A stretch of DNA of 64,000 nucleotides from an uncultured Gammaproteobacteria bacterium (GCA_964507055.1 CAZDOJ010000001.1:273313-337312); one strand, 5' to 3'. Numbered from the stretch's first letter, positions 29,834 to 38,931 are shown. Notes: generated by a model from the letters alone, not told the origin. A program made the numbers and translations.

Positions 29834-30565
29834 ATGATAGAAACAATTTTTACAACAATTGCTGGAGCAACATTATTTATTACATCTGCTGCATTTATGC
29901 CGCAGACGACAACTGATGTTGCTTTGACGCATACACTTCCACATCAAAGTTATGTTTCATATGCTGTTGAATCAGATCAATCTCTTGCAGCTATTTCTCA
30001 GAAGTATTATGGTTCTGAAGATTATTGGACTAACATCTGGAATGACAATAATTGGATTACTGATCCAGAAAGTGTTGAGAAGGGTCATTTGGTCAAAATT
30101 AATCCTACTAAACCTGAAGTCGCAGCGACTTTAGATAGTGTCCTTGCAGATCGTGCTGCAGCGGTTACAGAGCAAAAAAATCAAGAATACTTAAAGAGTA
30201 TTGGTTATTTGCAAGGAACATCAGCTGTTGTGGCTACAGTTCCAACTGTAACACCTATCATTACTCAAGCTCCAGTAAATGTTGCTGTAGCAGCCAATGC
30301 ATCGGGGATTTCTGAAGAAGCTATTACAGCTTTGGGAGCATGTGAAGCTGGAAACGATCCTGCAAAAAATACTGGTAACGGATACTATGGTGCCTTTCAA
30401 TTCTCAGCAGGTACTTGGAACAGTATGAATACAGGGTATGAACGTGCTGACCTTGCTCCAATAGAAGTACAACGTGCTGCTGTAAAGCAACTTTTGCAAC
30501 GATCAAGTATTCATAACCAATTTCCTGGATGTGCTAATAAGATGCGTAATGCTGGATTAATCTAA
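29834..30565 (+). CDS. membrane-anchored Rpf-like transglycosylase-domain protein
   Basis: N-terminal TM helix. The C-terminal GNGYYGAFQFSAGTW matches the transglycosylase-like (Rpf) domain. The ORF track begins at a TTG at 29798; the ATG at 29834 is the more likely start. Confidence 0.6.
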   Translation: MIETIFTTIAGATLFITSAAFMPQTTTDVALTHTLPHQSYVSYAVESDQSLAAISQKYYGSEDYWTNIWNDNNWITDPESVEKGHLVKINPTKPEVAATLDSVLADRAAAVTEQKNQEYLKSIGYLQGTSAVVATVPTVTPIITQAPVNVAVAANASGISEEAITALGACEAGNDPAKNTGNGYYGAFQFSAGTWNSMNTGYERADLAPIEVQRAAVKQLLQRSSIHNQFPGCANKMRNAGLI

Positions 30566-30568
30566 TAC

Positions 30569-31270
30569 CTAAACAGCCTTTGGAGTAGTCCCGTAGATAA
30601 CTAATGGGATTGAAGCATCTTTAAATGTCCACTCGTATATCTTTGCAACATCTGCTTCTTTCATATTCACACATCCATGACTCATCGGCTGGCCAAAATT
30701 ATTATGCCAGTAAGCTCCATGGATTCCATAGCCTCTCCATTTTGGCACTGCTGAATTTGCGAAGTACATTGTATATGGCACATTTGGTAGATTATAGTAT
30801 GTTCCATTAGCCTTGCTTCCTCCAGACATTCTTGTATATCGTAGCCATGTCCAAATTCTAAATTCACCCGTTGGTGTTTCATACCATTTACCCGTTGATA
30901 CTGGGAATTCATATACTAATCGATCACCTTCAAATGCTAAGAGTTTTTGCTGAGAAAGATCTACATATAAACGCTTATTCGTAGCTGTCGCATCTCCAAG
31001 TACATTCTGAGTTTCTTCCAAAGCGTATTGAGTCTTTTGTTGGGTTGGAGCATAGACAATCTTGCCATCAAATTCTCCTTTATTTTCGGTTTGCATTTCC
31101 CCCGTAAGATCTTCAATACAAGTAATTGAATTTGCACAGAAATCTTGGTTTTTAAGATTGAGGAAGATTGTGAGGCCAAGAGCAACAACAAATACTCCAA
31201 ATATAAGCATTGTTACTTTTAGTGCGTAGTGTTTACCTCTTTTTACTGGTTTAACAGATTTTTTAGGCAT
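30569..31270 (-). CDS. L,D-transpeptidase (YkuD domain)
   Basis: N-terminal TM anchor, with a catalytic HG ... SHGCVNM motif. Confidence 0.8.
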   Translation of the reverse strand: MPKKSVKPVKRGKHYALKVTMLIFGVFVVALGLTIFLNLKNQDFCANSITCIEDLTGEMQTENKGEFDGKIVYAPTQQKTQYALEETQNVLGDATATNKRLYVDLSQQKLLAFEGDRLVYEFPVSTGKWYETPTGEFRIWTWLRYTRMSGGSKANGTYYNLPNVPYTMYFANSAVPKWRGYGIHGAYWHNNFGQPMSHGCVNMKEADVAKIYEWTFKDASIPLVIYGTTPKAV

Positions 31271-31364
31271 TTATTAATTATTAGATAATCTCAGCTGCGT
31301 TGTAAAGAGGGATTTTTCTTATGGTACTTATATATAAATCAGACACACTCGAGGCTAATCAAAC

Positions 31365-31393
31365 TTGACAAAAAGACTTATAGTATGTATAAT
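31365..31393 (+). promoter_or_regulatory. sigma70-type promoter with perfect consensus
   Basis: TTGACA, a 17-nt spacer, then TATAAT, immediately upstream of the VanW-like gene. Confidence 0.7.
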
Positions 31394-31428
31394 AAAACAC
31401 TATGGGATATAAAAATCTCATAGATACT

Positions 31429-32109
31429 ATGTTTAAAAAATTACTTTTAATTATACCTATTGCGATCTTTCTCGGAGCTGTCCAAGTACAGGCTTTTTCT
31501 AATTCTGTTTCTGGAGTTGAAGCTGCAAAAGAAACATCTGTTAAAAAAGAATTGCTCAGTGAAGATGCAATGTCACTACAAAACAGATATTCCAATGCAT
31601 ATATTAACGATGTCTTCAAAGATAATATCCTTTTGAATCTTGCCTACTTATCTGGCAAAGTTCATGACGTATCAGAAGTTAATTGGGATGAAGTCCGCAA
31701 ACCTTCAACCTATGAATTTACTTTGCAGCCTGGACAAGTCTTTGCCTATCACGATGACATATTGCCTGAGTTTGAAGGCCGTGTTGCTAAAATTGGTGGA
31801 TCTCATTTTGGTGCTGCAGATGGCTACCGCTCGAGTGGTTTGCTTTACGGTGACGGGGTATGTCACTTCGCAACGCTTATTAACTGGGCTGCACAAGATG
31901 CTGGCTTGAAAGTTGTTGCTCCAACAAATCATAACTTTGCAGTTGTTCCTGGAATTGATCCGAAATATGGTACATCCATTTATTACGCACCTGAATCTCC
32001 ATCAGTGAGCCAGATGCAGAATCTCTATGTCGAAAATACATTGGAAGTCCCTGTAACTTTCGTTTTTGAAAATAAAGGTGATTCGTTAGAGGTAAGTATT
32101 TATAAATAA
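31429..32109 (+). CDS. secreted VanW-domain protein
   Basis: Signal peptide MFKKLLLIIPIAIFLGAVQVQA, with the VanW-like core GDGVCHFATLINWA. The ATG at 31402 lies only 8 nt after the -10 box, so the start at 31429 is preferred. Confidence 0.55.
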   Translation: MFKKLLLIIPIAIFLGAVQVQAFSNSVSGVEAAKETSVKKELLSEDAMSLQNRYSNAYINDVFKDNILLNLAYLSGKVHDVSEVNWDEVRKPSTYEFTLQPGQVFAYHDDILPEFEGRVAKIGGSHFGAADGYRSSGLLYGDGVCHFATLINWAAQDAGLKVVAPTNHNFAVVPGIDPKYGTSIYYAPESPSVSQMQNLYVENTLEVPVTFVFENKGDSLEVSIYK

Positions 32110-33285
32110 TTAAATCGTAAATCCTAATACCTTTAGCATGCTCTTCAATGCTTTTTGATTTTCCAAAGTTGGTCGCTCTTCTTGTTCCTCTGCAAGTTTA
32201 AAAACTGTTTCAACTGCTTTCGGAGTATCAAGATCATTTTCAAGAGCATTGGTAAATTGTTCTATCACTGTTTTTGGCTCGGTTCCTCGATCAATTGGTG
32301 ACTCTTGAAGAACTTCTTCGAGTTGTTCAATTTCTCTTTGTGCACTATTAAGTTCTTTTTGTCGGTATTCCCATGGAGTTCGATAGTGATGTCTGAGTAG
32401 CATGAGTCGTATTGCATCTGCTGAATATGTTTCCAACAATTTAGAAACCATGACCAGATTGCCCAATGATTTAGACATCTTTTCTCCTTCATACATTACA
32501 GCTCCCGTATGCATCCAAAATTGGGCGAATGGTTTTTCGCCAGTAAATTGTTCTGATTGTGCTATCTCACTTTCATGATGAGGATAAATTAAATCACTTC
32601 CGCCACCATGAATGTCAATCTTTTTGTCAAGATATTTGTAAGCCATTGCAGAGCATTCGATATGCCATCCTGGTCTTCCCTTGCCAAATGGTGCATCCCA
32701 AGATGGTTCCTCTTTGAGAGATTTTTGCCAAAGGATAAAGTCTAAAGGATTTTCTTTATTCGGATCATCAGGATCTGCTCCACGTTCTTTTGAAAGCTTT
32801 ATCATCTCCTTTTTTGAATATTTTGATAACTTTCCATACTCAGGATCTTTTTGTGTACGGAAATACACATTGTCGTTTTTTTCATAGGCGAATTCTTCGT
32901 CGAGGAGTTTTTGAATGAATTTGATAATCGTGTCCATTGTTTCAGTAGCTTTAACGTAGTGCGTTGGAGGGACGTTATTTAATGTCTTCATATCATTGAC
33001 ATACTTATCTGTCCAGAATTTTCCAAGACTCTTCCAATCTTCACCAATTTGTTTGGCCTTTTTCAAAATGTCATCGTCAACATCTGTCACATTTTGTGTG
33101 TAATTGATCGCATATCCTCGGTTTTCAAGCGTTCTATAAAGGACATCAAAGACAGTATACGTAAAAGCATGTCCTAAATGTGTCGTGTCATATGGCGTAA
33201 TTCCGCAGACATACATGAGTACTTCCCTCTTATTGATTGGGAGAAATGTTTCTGTTGATTTGGTAAGTGTATTATACAATTTCAT
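32110..33285 (-). CDS. CysRS-family class I enzyme, short form (391 aa): cysteinyl-tRNA synthetase or MshC-like cysteine ligase
   Basis: HIGH region CGITPYDTTHLGHA, KMSKS, GRPGWHIECSAM, GNLVMVSKL and NDLDTPKA. The roughly 70-aa C-terminal extension of canonical CysRS is absent. Confidence 0.85.
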   Translation of the reverse strand: MKLYNTLTKSTETFLPINKREVLMYVCGITPYDTTHLGHAFTYTVFDVLYRTLENRGYAINYTQNVTDVDDDILKKAKQIGEDWKSLGKFWTDKYVNDMKTLNNVPPTHYVKATETMDTIIKFIQKLLDEEFAYEKNDNVYFRTQKDPEYGKLSKYSKKEMIKLSKERGADPDDPNKENPLDFILWQKSLKEEPSWDAPFGKGRPGWHIECSAMAYKYLDKKIDIHGGGSDLIYPHHESEIAQSEQFTGEKPFAQFWMHTGAVMYEGEKMSKSLGNLVMVSKLLETYSADAIRLMLLRHHYRTPWEYRQKELNSAQREIEQLEEVLQESPIDRGTEPKTVIEQFTNALENDLDTPKAVETVFKLAEEQEERPTLENQKALKSMLKVLGFTI

Positions 33286-33329
33286 AAATGTAATAATAGA
33301 GTTTCTTCACGAATAATTCAATGAACGAA

Positions 33330-33812
33330 TTACCTTATTTTAGGGTCAAGTCTTGCAGCAAGGTCGCGATAGTTTTGAAATGCATTTGAGGAAGCATCTC
33401 GAATCCCTGCAATCTCCAAGACATTTGGTACTGTTATTCTTCTTAATTCACTTTGAGGATGCTCGACAAGTTGTTGCAATCGATCAACAACTAACGGAAC
33501 CCAACGCAAGCCTGTATTTACTCGATAACCTTTTCCTGAAACACCTTGTAACTGTAAAACATTGATCTCATCCTTGGCAATTTCAAAGCTGGCAATTGCT
33601 CCTGGGCTCTTTCTGCCTTTCGATTCATACACCACTACAAGTGATGCATCTCCTGTAAACGGAACTCCCATGTCTGCCCTCTCATGCCCTACCAATAAAG
33701 GAACGGTAAGTCTATTTGCATCAAGGCTTGGATTAATTGGACGAAGATATGGTGCAAAATCTTTCGCCGAAGGTGCTTGATATAACTCTTTTAGGTTTGG
33801 CATAGTACTCAA
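33330..33812 (-). CDS. hypothetical protein (160 aa)
   Basis: ORF between the CysRS-like gene and the phosphatase gene. Confidence 0.4.
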   Translation of the reverse strand: MSTMPNLKELYQAPSAKDFAPYLRPINPSLDANRLTVPLLVGHERADMGVPFTGDASLVVVYESKGRKSPGAIASFEIAKDEINVLQLQGVSGKGYRVNTGLRWVPLVVDRLQQLVEHPQSELRRITVPNVLEIAGIRDASSNAFQNYRDLAARLDPKIR

Positions 33813-33840
33813 TTATACTATATACAAGTAAAAGTATGAA

Positions 33841-34455
33841 TTAATAGGTTATTGAATCAGGAATAAAGATACTTTCAATCGTTTTCTTACCATCCTCGTC
33901 AGCCGTAATTTGTAAGACTTCTCCATGACGGACATATCGAAAACCTTTACCTGTGCGAATTGAATCAATTTCCAAAGGCATACCTCTGAGTACTGCTTTT
34001 ACTGTCATAAGGATATCACCGTGACTTACAGCGACAACATGTTTGCCAGAATGTTTTGTTACCACATGGTCAAGAAACTCAGTTGATCTTAAAGCCAGGT
34101 CTTCAAGTGTTTCGTCATCTTTTGCCCGTTCTGGACCGCTAAAAATATCAAATTTAATTTCCTGAAGCTTTTCTATTGGTTGTCCCATGTATGAACTTTT
34201 AACTTCTAATAAGTGATCAGAAAAGGTAATTTTAGGAAAATTCAATTCTTTTTGAATAATCTCAGCGGTTTTCTTTGCTCGAAGCAGTGGGCTTGCATAG
34301 AGTTCACTAACAGGTTTATTTTTAAGAAACTTTGCGGTCTGTGCTATCTCTTCTTCTCCTTGTTTGGTTAAACCAAATCGTGGGAGTCTACCATACCAAA
34401 CTTTATTAGGGTTTTCTACTTCGCCATGGCGAACTAAATAAATGTAGGTATTCAT
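33841..34455 (-). CDS. histidine phosphatase family protein (phosphoglycerate-mutase-like)
   Basis: Catalytic LVRHGE at the N-terminus and the SHGD motif. Confidence 0.8.
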   Translation of the reverse strand: MNTYIYLVRHGEVENPNKVWYGRLPRFGLTKQGEEEIAQTAKFLKNKPVSELYASPLLRAKKTAEIIQKELNFPKITFSDHLLEVKSSYMGQPIEKLQEIKFDIFSGPERAKDDETLEDLALRSTEFLDHVVTKHSGKHVVAVSHGDILMTVKAVLRGMPLEIDSIRTGKGFRYVRHGEVLQITADEDGKKTIESIFIPDSITY

Positions 34456-34479
34456 AAAAGAGTATTATATAATATCCAA

Positions 34480-35718
34480 ATGCAAAAGAAACGTCTAGCA
34501 GTAATTCTTTATCATACATGTCCTCTCTCGGATGAGATTGATGCCGAAATTGGTGGAGCAAATACCTATGTTCTGGAACTTTCAAAGTCTTTAGCAAAAA
34601 AGGGAAAAGTTCTTGATGTTTATACTCGGCTTCAGGATCCGAAAAGTGAAAGGATCGTACACGTCAGTCCAAATCTTCGAGTTATTCATTTACCTGCTGG
34701 TCCGTTGAAGAAAATTGATAAAAAAGAACAGGAGCAACATATTCCCGATTTTTTGAACAACTTTTATGCATTTGTTGAAAAAGAAGAACTTTCTTATTCG
34801 ATAGTGAGCTGTCATTATTATTTATCAGGAATAATTGGATTGGATATTAAAAAGAAGTTTGGTATTCCCTTGGTAATGACATTTCATACACTTGGACTTA
34901 TGAAGAATCTCGTTGCCCGTAGTGATGAAGAACGTGAAAGTGTTGAACGTATCAAAACAGAAATTAAACTGGTCAAAGAATCAGATCAGATTATCGCCAC
35001 AAGTGAAAATGATGCTCAGTATATTGAATCCTTATACTCGGGTGATCGAAATAAAATCGCAATTCTTATCCCTGGAGTGAACTTATCGTTATTTAAACCA
35101 TCAGACAAAATTGTTGCAAAGAAAGCTATTGGAGCTGATCCGGATCATAAGGTTATACTTTTTGTTGGAAGGATAGAACCTTTAAAAGGAATTGATGTTT
35201 TATTGTATGCGTTGAAAATCATTCTTAATGAGTATCCAAATTTCCGTTTGTGTGTTTGGATTGTTGGCGGAGATGTCTCCAAACCATCGGACCATTGGCC
35301 CAAAGAGTTAAAAAAGCTTAATGAAATTAGAAAAGTATTACAGATAGATACTGCAGTAAAGTTTGTAGGAAGAAAAGAACCTGTGGAATTGCCTAATTAT
35401 TATAATGCGTCTGAAATGCTGGTCTTACCTTCACACTACGAATCATTTGGTATAACTGCTGTTGAAGCGATGGCTTGTGGTATTCCTGTTATTACAACTG
35501 ATGTTACTGGAGTCTCCGATATTCTTGATCAAGATCATGATTTTCTAATCACCTCAGCCAATAATCCCATTATGCTTGCAGATAAAATAAAATCACTCCT
35601 TTGTGATAAAAAAGAGTACACAAAATTGAGCAGTAGATTACCTCAGAAGGTAAAAGATTTAAGTTGGGACGATGCGGCAGATCATTTTATGAAGCTTTGT
35701 ATTGCCTGTGTAAAATAA
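34480..35718 (+). CDS. GT4 glycosyltransferase, MshA-like subfamily
   Basis: N-terminal AVILYHTCPL ... GGANTYVLEL ... DVYTR; the SHYYLSG, PLVMTFHTL, FVGRIEPLKGIDVL and SHYESFGITAVEAMACGIPVI motifs follow. Confidence 0.8.
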   Translation: MQKKRLAVILYHTCPLSDEIDAEIGGANTYVLELSKSLAKKGKVLDVYTRLQDPKSERIVHVSPNLRVIHLPAGPLKKIDKKEQEQHIPDFLNNFYAFVEKEELSYSIVSCHYYLSGIIGLDIKKKFGIPLVMTFHTLGLMKNLVARSDEERESVERIKTEIKLVKESDQIIATSENDAQYIESLYSGDRNKIAILIPGVNLSLFKPSDKIVAKKAIGADPDHKVILFVGRIEPLKGIDVLLYALKIILNEYPNFRLCVWIVGGDVSKPSDHWPKELKKLNEIRKVLQIDTAVKFVGRKEPVELPNYYNASEMLVLPSHYESFGITAVEAMACGIPVITTDVTGVSDILDQDHDFLITSANNPIMLADKIKSLLCDKKEYTKLSSRLPQKVKDLSWDDAADHFMKLCIACVK

Positions 35719-35720
35719 CC

Positions 35721-35954
35721 TTAAGAGTGTGCTGTACAAGCCTTGAACTTGTGATAGGCTGATTGATTATTCTCTGCGAAACAACTTGTCACTTTCTCCA
35801 AACCGTTTTCATTTAAAGCAAGGCTTAGTGATTGCAATCCAAATAATACAAAAGTAACCATAACAATAATCAGAATACTATTCCAATAAGGCTCAAATGA
35901 TTCAACTTTGGCAGGAGCAGGATCTGGAAAGATCTGCTTTGAACTGTTGGGCAT
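35721..35954 (-). CDS. small membrane protein with a paired-cysteine C-terminal tail
   Basis: 77 aa: one TM helix, then C-x14-AC. Confidence 0.4.
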   Translation of the reverse strand: MPNSSKQIFPDPAPAKVESFEPYWNSILIIVMVTFVLFGLQSLSLALNENGLEKVTSCFAENNQSAYHKFKACTAHS

Positions 35955-36003
35955 TATATATAGTATTGAGTATTACTATAATAATTGTCAAATACTAAGG
36001 AGC

Positions 36004-36327
36004 TTAGTTGAGGATATTTTGCATAGCGTGAGCTTCAGGGACGAGATTATCAATAAAACTTACGGCTTTTGTTCTCGTCTTTAACTCTGAACAAGCAGTG
36101 AGGCTCATACTTGTCGTTTCATTGTTAAGGTTATTGCAGTTTGTAAATGTTGGAGCGTTTGCAGCAGATGCGTTTCGTACAAAACTTTGTGTCCCATATC
36201 CGAGGAAAGTTAAGACCACAATGCCAATCATTGCTGAGACATAGGGGGTAAATGAATCAGTTGCACGGTAATTTTTGTAATCCGTGTATCTTTTTATTCC
36301 TGCCATAGAATTGTGTTCATTATGCAA
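36004..36327 (-). CDS. small membrane protein with a paired-cysteine C-terminal tail (paralogue-like)
   Basis: 107 aa: one TM helix, then C ... ACS. Confidence 0.4.
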   Translation of the reverse strand: MHNEHNSMAGIKRYTDYKNYRATDSFTPYVSAMIGIVVLTFLGYGTQSFVRNASAANAPTFTNCNNLNNETTSMSLTACSELKTRTKAVSFIDNLVPEAHAMQNILN

Positions 36328-36409
36328 TGCAAAGAAGGCAATGTCAACATATTATAGTAAGTTATTACAATAGTATTGAGAGTAGGTAATTCTCTCTTGT
36401 ATAAGTAGA

Positions 36410-36841
36410 TTATTCGTCTTCGAGGTCAAAAAGTTTCAAACCAATCTCTTCATTCATTGATTTTGTAAATACTGTAGGAAGTACTTTAAGCATAACTTCC
36501 ATAGTTGCGGAAACTGTCCCGTGGACCAGATGTCCAGAATATGCATTCATATTTTCATCACCTAGGGTAATATGTGGATGCAGTAATGGCTTATTTTCAA
36601 AGAGTGCAATGTTGCCTGTAAAATTAGTAACTTCAAAGATACCATCGATTTTTTTCTCACTATATTTCTTATTATCAACTTTATAATGTGCAAGTGTAGG
36701 ATTATCTATCGAACCAAGACCAGTGAGCCAAGCGTTTTTGATCACGTGTTTCTCACAGAATGCTGTCAAAGTTGCAACAACTTCTTCTCCCCGCTCAAGC
36801 CGTAGTAAATATTTTGTCTCTGAAATCTTCCCAACTTTCAT
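36410..36841 (-). CDS. PPC/DUF296-domain protein
   Basis: 143 aa with EVTNFTGNIALFENKPLLHPHITLGDENMNAYSGHLVHGTVSATMEV, typical of the PPC domain. Confidence 0.55.
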   Translation of the reverse strand: MKVGKISETKYLLRLERGEEVVATLTAFCEKHVIKNAWLTGLGSIDNPTLAHYKVDNKKYSEKKIDGIFEVTNFTGNIALFENKPLLHPHITLGDENMNAYSGHLVHGTVSATMEVMLKVLPTVFTKSMNEEIGLKLFDLEDE

Positions 36842-37269
36842 AAATCTATTTGTATCACATTCCGATCCACAAAAAAAGCCTAAAAGATTTGTCAGGTTTC
36901 ATACAAGGATATTTAATTTCTGCATAATAATAATAATTAACTTTGCTGATAAATAATAAAAAGATGGGTCTCAAGCAAATTGTTAAATTGTATTTACTGA
37001 TGTTTACATTAGATAGTGTAAACATACGATTCATAAAAGCATTAATTCATAAAAGATCAATGTCGTGAGGTAAATTTCTCTGCTTTATATATAGCTCATA
37101 AAAAGCATGCCCTTAAAGTACTTTCATTATTTCCATAGTTATTTCTGTAGGGGTTAGCTTACTTGTATTAAAAGCGATTTGGTCTCTAAAATCAGTCTAA
37201 TGTCTATTCTCTATCTTTGGTAGAGATAAAATGTCAAATTTAAATATACATAAGTATTATATTAATATA

Positions 37270-37692
37270 CTACATTTCTTTAAATCCATACTTCCCTTTC
37301 TCTCTATACATTTCTAATGCAGCTGCATGACCCTGTAAAATATTTTTTGGAACGTCGCTTAAAGAAAACCATTCCCAACCCCTACATTTATCAGGCTCCA
37401 CAACTTTGGGAGTTCCTTTATAATTATTACTAACAAAAACGAAATGATAGTAATCATCTCTAGATTGGGTTTCGCGTATTACTCCAATATATATGAGAGA
37501 AGTTATTCTGAGACTTGTCTCTTCCAAAACTTCTCTCTTTGCACAGTCTATAATTTTTTCATCGAGTTCAAGTCCTCCGCCTGGTAATCCGTAGGAACCT
37601 TCACCATAGCTATTAATTCTTTTCCCAAGCAAAAGTCTTTTGCTACTTTTATCAATAATTATTGTACATACTCCTATCTTGCTTCTTTTCAT
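37270..37692 (-). CDS. NUDIX hydrolase
   Basis: Nudix box GGGLELDEKIIDCAKREVLEETSL. Confidence 0.85.
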   Translation of the reverse strand: MKRSKIGVCTIIIDKSSKRLLLGKRINSYGEGSYGLPGGGLELDEKIIDCAKREVLEETSLRITSLIYIGVIRETQSRDDYYHFVFVSNNYKGTPKVVEPDKCRGWEWFSLSDVPKNILQGHAAALEMYREKGKYGFKEM

Positions 37693-37755
37693 TTTTGTAC
37701 ATTATTATAATAGCATCTTATTATACTATTTACATGTACAGTATAATAAGACCTT

Positions 37756-38361
37756 ATGAAGAGCACTGTTGTTGTTGTCTGTCCTATTGCGAGTGGTAAA
37801 GGGGCAATTTCTGAACTTCTTGTTTCAAAGGGGTATACGCATTTTACCTTTAGAGATGATATCCATGCAGAACTTTTCCGTAAAGGTTTACCTGTGGATC
37901 TGGAGCACTTCTAATTAACAGCACGGTCCTTGCGAAGAGAATTCGGTCATGATATGCAAGCGAGATCTATTGCAGAAAGAATTGAACAAAAGCGGCAATT
38001 GGGAGAGTCTGAAAAAGCAGTTGTCGATGGCTTACGTCATCCCGAAGACATTTTATGGCTTAAAAAAAATCTTCGTGCAAAAATTATTGGTGTGACAGCC
38101 TCTTCTGATATACGATTCCAGAGGCTAATTACAAGAGCGAGATTCTCTGATCCTACAGCAAAGGTTTTATTTGATAATGCAGACGCTATTGATATGGGTG
38201 TAGGACAACCTCCTGAGGGTGATAATATTACTCAGTGTTTGGAACTTGCCGATACTGTCATAGAAAATGTTGGAAGTAAAGAAAGTTTACATCGAAAGGT
38301 AGAAGAATTACTTATTTCATTTGGAATTGAGGGAAATCCTCGGTATCATGAGAGATGTTAA
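37756..38361 (+). pseudogene. P-loop nucleotide-kinase-like gene (dephospho-CoA kinase/AAA_17-like) interrupted by an in-frame TAA at 37912-37914
   Basis: MKSTVVVVCPIASGKGAIS ... DLEHF, then TAA, then an in-frame continuation for 149 more codons to the stop at 38361. The ORF track's 37930 TTG start is in the same frame. Confidence 0.6.
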
Positions 38362-38427
38362 AAGTGGCTATAACTAGTAATCTATAATAATTCTTAAGCT
38401 ATCGTATCTGTTCTTTGAAATACAATA

Positions 38428-38769
38428 TTACTTTCTTCTGTTTTTGTATCTCTTTTCCAGATCATCAAACGGTTTCAAATAGAATTTCTGTACACTATAG
38501 TAAAGTAAATATCCAAATACCGCTACCATTGAGAAAACGATGACTAAGTATAATGCATAAATATTAGCATCTTTAAAGTTCTTAACCCAATCGTGAATGA
38601 TATTAGCAGTTAAGCTTAAGTAGAGTCCTAAAAATACCACAGTTATTCCAATGAGCTGAGGTAACATCTCGTATTGTCGCTTATGCAACTCCTTCTTAGT
38701 TATTTTCTGTTTTGCCATTGATGTATATCTTAGTAATAGCGTAGCACTTTTAGATAAAAAAAGCTCCAC
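38428..38769 (-). CDS. small 2-TM membrane protein, hypothetical
   Basis: 113 aa with two hydrophobic helices. Confidence 0.4.
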   Translation of the reverse strand: MELFLSKSATLLLRYTSMAKQKITKKELHKRQYEMLPQLIGITVVFLGLYLSLTANIIHDWVKNFKDANIYALYLVIVFSMVAVFGYLLYYSVQKFYLKPFDDLEKRYKNRRK

Positions 38770-38777
38770 GCAGGAGC
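38756..38777 (-). terminator. rho-independent terminator, probably the native terminator of the ancestral tRNA-Gly copy
   Basis: Hairpin GCTCC-ACGCA-GGAGC followed, on the minus strand, by TTTTTTT; it lies about 25 nt beyond the displaced tRNA-Gly 3' end at 38801. Confidence 0.55.
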
Positions 38778-38800
38778 CTTAGTTCGAATTAATTGCGGAT

Positions 38801-38839
38801 GAGTGGGCGATGGGAATCGAACCCACTACCTTCTCCTTG
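38801..38839 (-). repeat. displaced 3' half of tRNA-Gly(GCC) (attL-like core), 38/39 identical to 45447-45485
   Basis: GAGTGGGCGATGGGAATCGAACCCACTACCTTCTCCTTG matches the tRNA-Gly T-arm, acceptor 3' strand and anticodon-stem 3' strand. No D-arm or 5' half follows. Confidence 0.75.
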
Positions 38840-38873
38840 TAGGAAGGATGTTCCGCACAAGAACAATCAAAAG
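38822..38873 (+). repeat. direct repeat DR-A (52 nt), about 90% identical to 44876-44927
   Basis: CCTTCTCCTTGTAGGAAGGATGTTCCGCACAAGAACAATCAAAAGT versus CCGTCTCCTTGTATGAAGGATGTTCCGCACAGAAACTATCAAAAGT. Confidence 0.75.
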
Positions 38874-38931
38874 TCTGTAGAAAATAATAGCAAACCGTTG
38901 AAGAATTAGCAATTATTAAAGTGGTGCGAAA

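Noticed and set aside
31429-32109. Interpreting the VanW-domain gene as a vancomycin-resistance determinant
   Set aside because: There are no vanH/A/X or vanR/S neighbours; VanW domains are widespread accessory cell-wall proteins of unknown function.
38801-38880. Possibility that the tRNA-Gly-like sequence at 38801-38880 is a second functional tRNA gene
   Set aside because: Only the 3' half (T-arm, acceptor 3' strand) is tRNA-like. The sequence that replaces the 5' half (38840 onward) has no D-arm or acceptor 5' strand and instead matches the 52-nt island repeat. It is interpreted as a displaced att-site fragment.
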